Source of the DNA: Terriglobales bacterium
GTDB lineage: Bacteria > Acidobacteriota > Terriglobia > Terriglobales > SCQP01
Direction: 5' to 3'
Assembly: GCA_050746205.1 (NCBI GenBank)
Contig: JBOGKW010000001.1
Location: forward strand, 203-64,202
Length of the DNA stretch: 64,000 nt
A model generated the notes under the pieces. That model was not told where the DNA came from. It worked only from the letters and a program-made list of their open reading frames with translations, and searched no databases. Position numbers and translations under genes: made by a program. The first letter of the stretch is position 1. Every line of letters starts with the position of its first letter. Positions 63,429 through 64,000 of the stretch are shown here, one piece after another.

Positions 63429-63926
63429 CTAGGCCGACCCGTGCGTCGCACCCGCGTCGTCGTCTTCGCGTTCGTAGATGGTGACGAGGTTGCGGATCTC
63501 TAACGCCTTCGCCCCACCCGGCGTCTGAATCTGGACGCTGTCGCCCACTTGTTTGCCCAGCAGCCCCCGGCCGATCGGCGAGGACGTGGAAATCATCCCC
63601 TTGGCCACGTCGGTTTCCTCGCTGGTCACCAGCCGGTACTCGATCTCCTGGTCTTTGTCCACGTCCAAAACCCGCACGATCGAGCCGTATGCGATGCGGT
63701 CATGGGGGATATTGTCCAGGTTGATCAGGCTGAGGTCGGCGCGCCGCTTTTGCAGCTGGCCCAGCCGGGCGCGGACAAACTCCTGCCGTTGTCTGGCCAT
63801 GTGATATTCGGCGTTTTCGCTCAAATCCCCCAGCGCCACCGCGCGCTTGAGCTCCGCCGGTAACTCCACCGCCAACTCGTGCTCGAGCTGCTCGATTTCC
63901 TTGTCCAACTTTTCGCTGATTTTCAC
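63429..63926 (-). CDS. greA: Transcription elongation factor GreA
   Basis: Coiled-coil N-terminus with GDLSENAEYHMARQRQEFV and a C-terminal domain (...YGSIVRVLDVDKDQEIEYRLV...ISTSSPIGRGLLGKQVGDSV). Confidence 0.95.
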   Translation of the reverse strand: MKISEKLDKEIEQLEHELAVELPAELKRAVALGDLSENAEYHMARQRQEFVRARLGQLQKRRADLSLINLDNIPHDRIAYGSIVRVLDVDKDQEIEYRLVTSEETDVAKGMISTSSPIGRGLLGKQVGDSVQIQTPGGAKALEIRNLVTIYEREDDDAGATHGSA

Positions 63927-64000
63927 GGTGCCCCAACCGGGCCCCCGCCGTTTGCAGGCACGGCGGCCCTGCGGCGATTATAACCAAAGCGGCCTCTTCC

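Noticed and set aside
1-64000. Scan for CRISPR arrays, rRNA, complete tRNAs, IS elements, integrases, phage genes and recognisable defence systems
   Set aside because: I found none by eye. The only toxin-antitoxin module is VapBC (3683-4345), and the only tRNA-like sequence is the 3' fragment at 47218-47244. This is a manual scan, so short or degenerate elements could have been missed.

Overview
This is a very GC-rich bacterial chromosomal segment (roughly two-thirds G+C by eye, not computed). I could support about 60 protein-coding genes. I saw no rRNA, no complete tRNA, no CRISPR array and no transposase or integrase. The protein repertoire looks Acidobacteriota-like: an Asp-box/sortilin-type propeller, a PQQ-like propeller fused to Ig-like repeats, several efflux sets and Tat-exported TIM barrels. 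That is an impression from reading the proteins, not a search result. Housekeeping landmarks are the dnaN 5' end at the left edge (not in the ORF track), rsmG-parA-parB with a near-consensus parS at 23.75 kb, bioB, udk, lexA, gltX and greA. The accessory content has four parts. There are three efflux operons: czcCBA-type, macA/ATPase/FtsX-permease, and OMF-RND-MFP. There is a set of cell-wall turnover genes: an M23 peptidase, an SLT transglycosylase, an AmiC-type amidase and a BadF-type kinase. There is a VapBC toxin-antitoxin pair. There is an ECF sigma/anti-sigma/ABC-2 operon next to a ~1000-aa surface protein. The observations most worth a second look are: (1) a Bcp/PrxQ peroxiredoxin whose peroxidatic Cys codon is an in-frame TGA followed by a SECIS-like hairpin, so it is a predicted selenoprotein that the ORF track splits; (2) a minus-strand promoter-to-terminator unit for a ~140-nt structured non-coding RNA in the AT-rich island at 33.98-34.15 kb; (3) a terminal Ig-like domain of the large surface protein that is interrupted by a two-helix membrane hairpin; (4) a family of shuffled GC-rich hairpin modules in several intergenic regions; (5) an isolated tRNA 3'-end-like fragment; (6) a GCGGAAA(A/T) repeat cluster plus DnaA-box-like sites upstream of dnaN. 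I could not support any clearly novel multi-gene system such as a defence island. High GC produces many long shadow ORFs in the track, and I rejected those.
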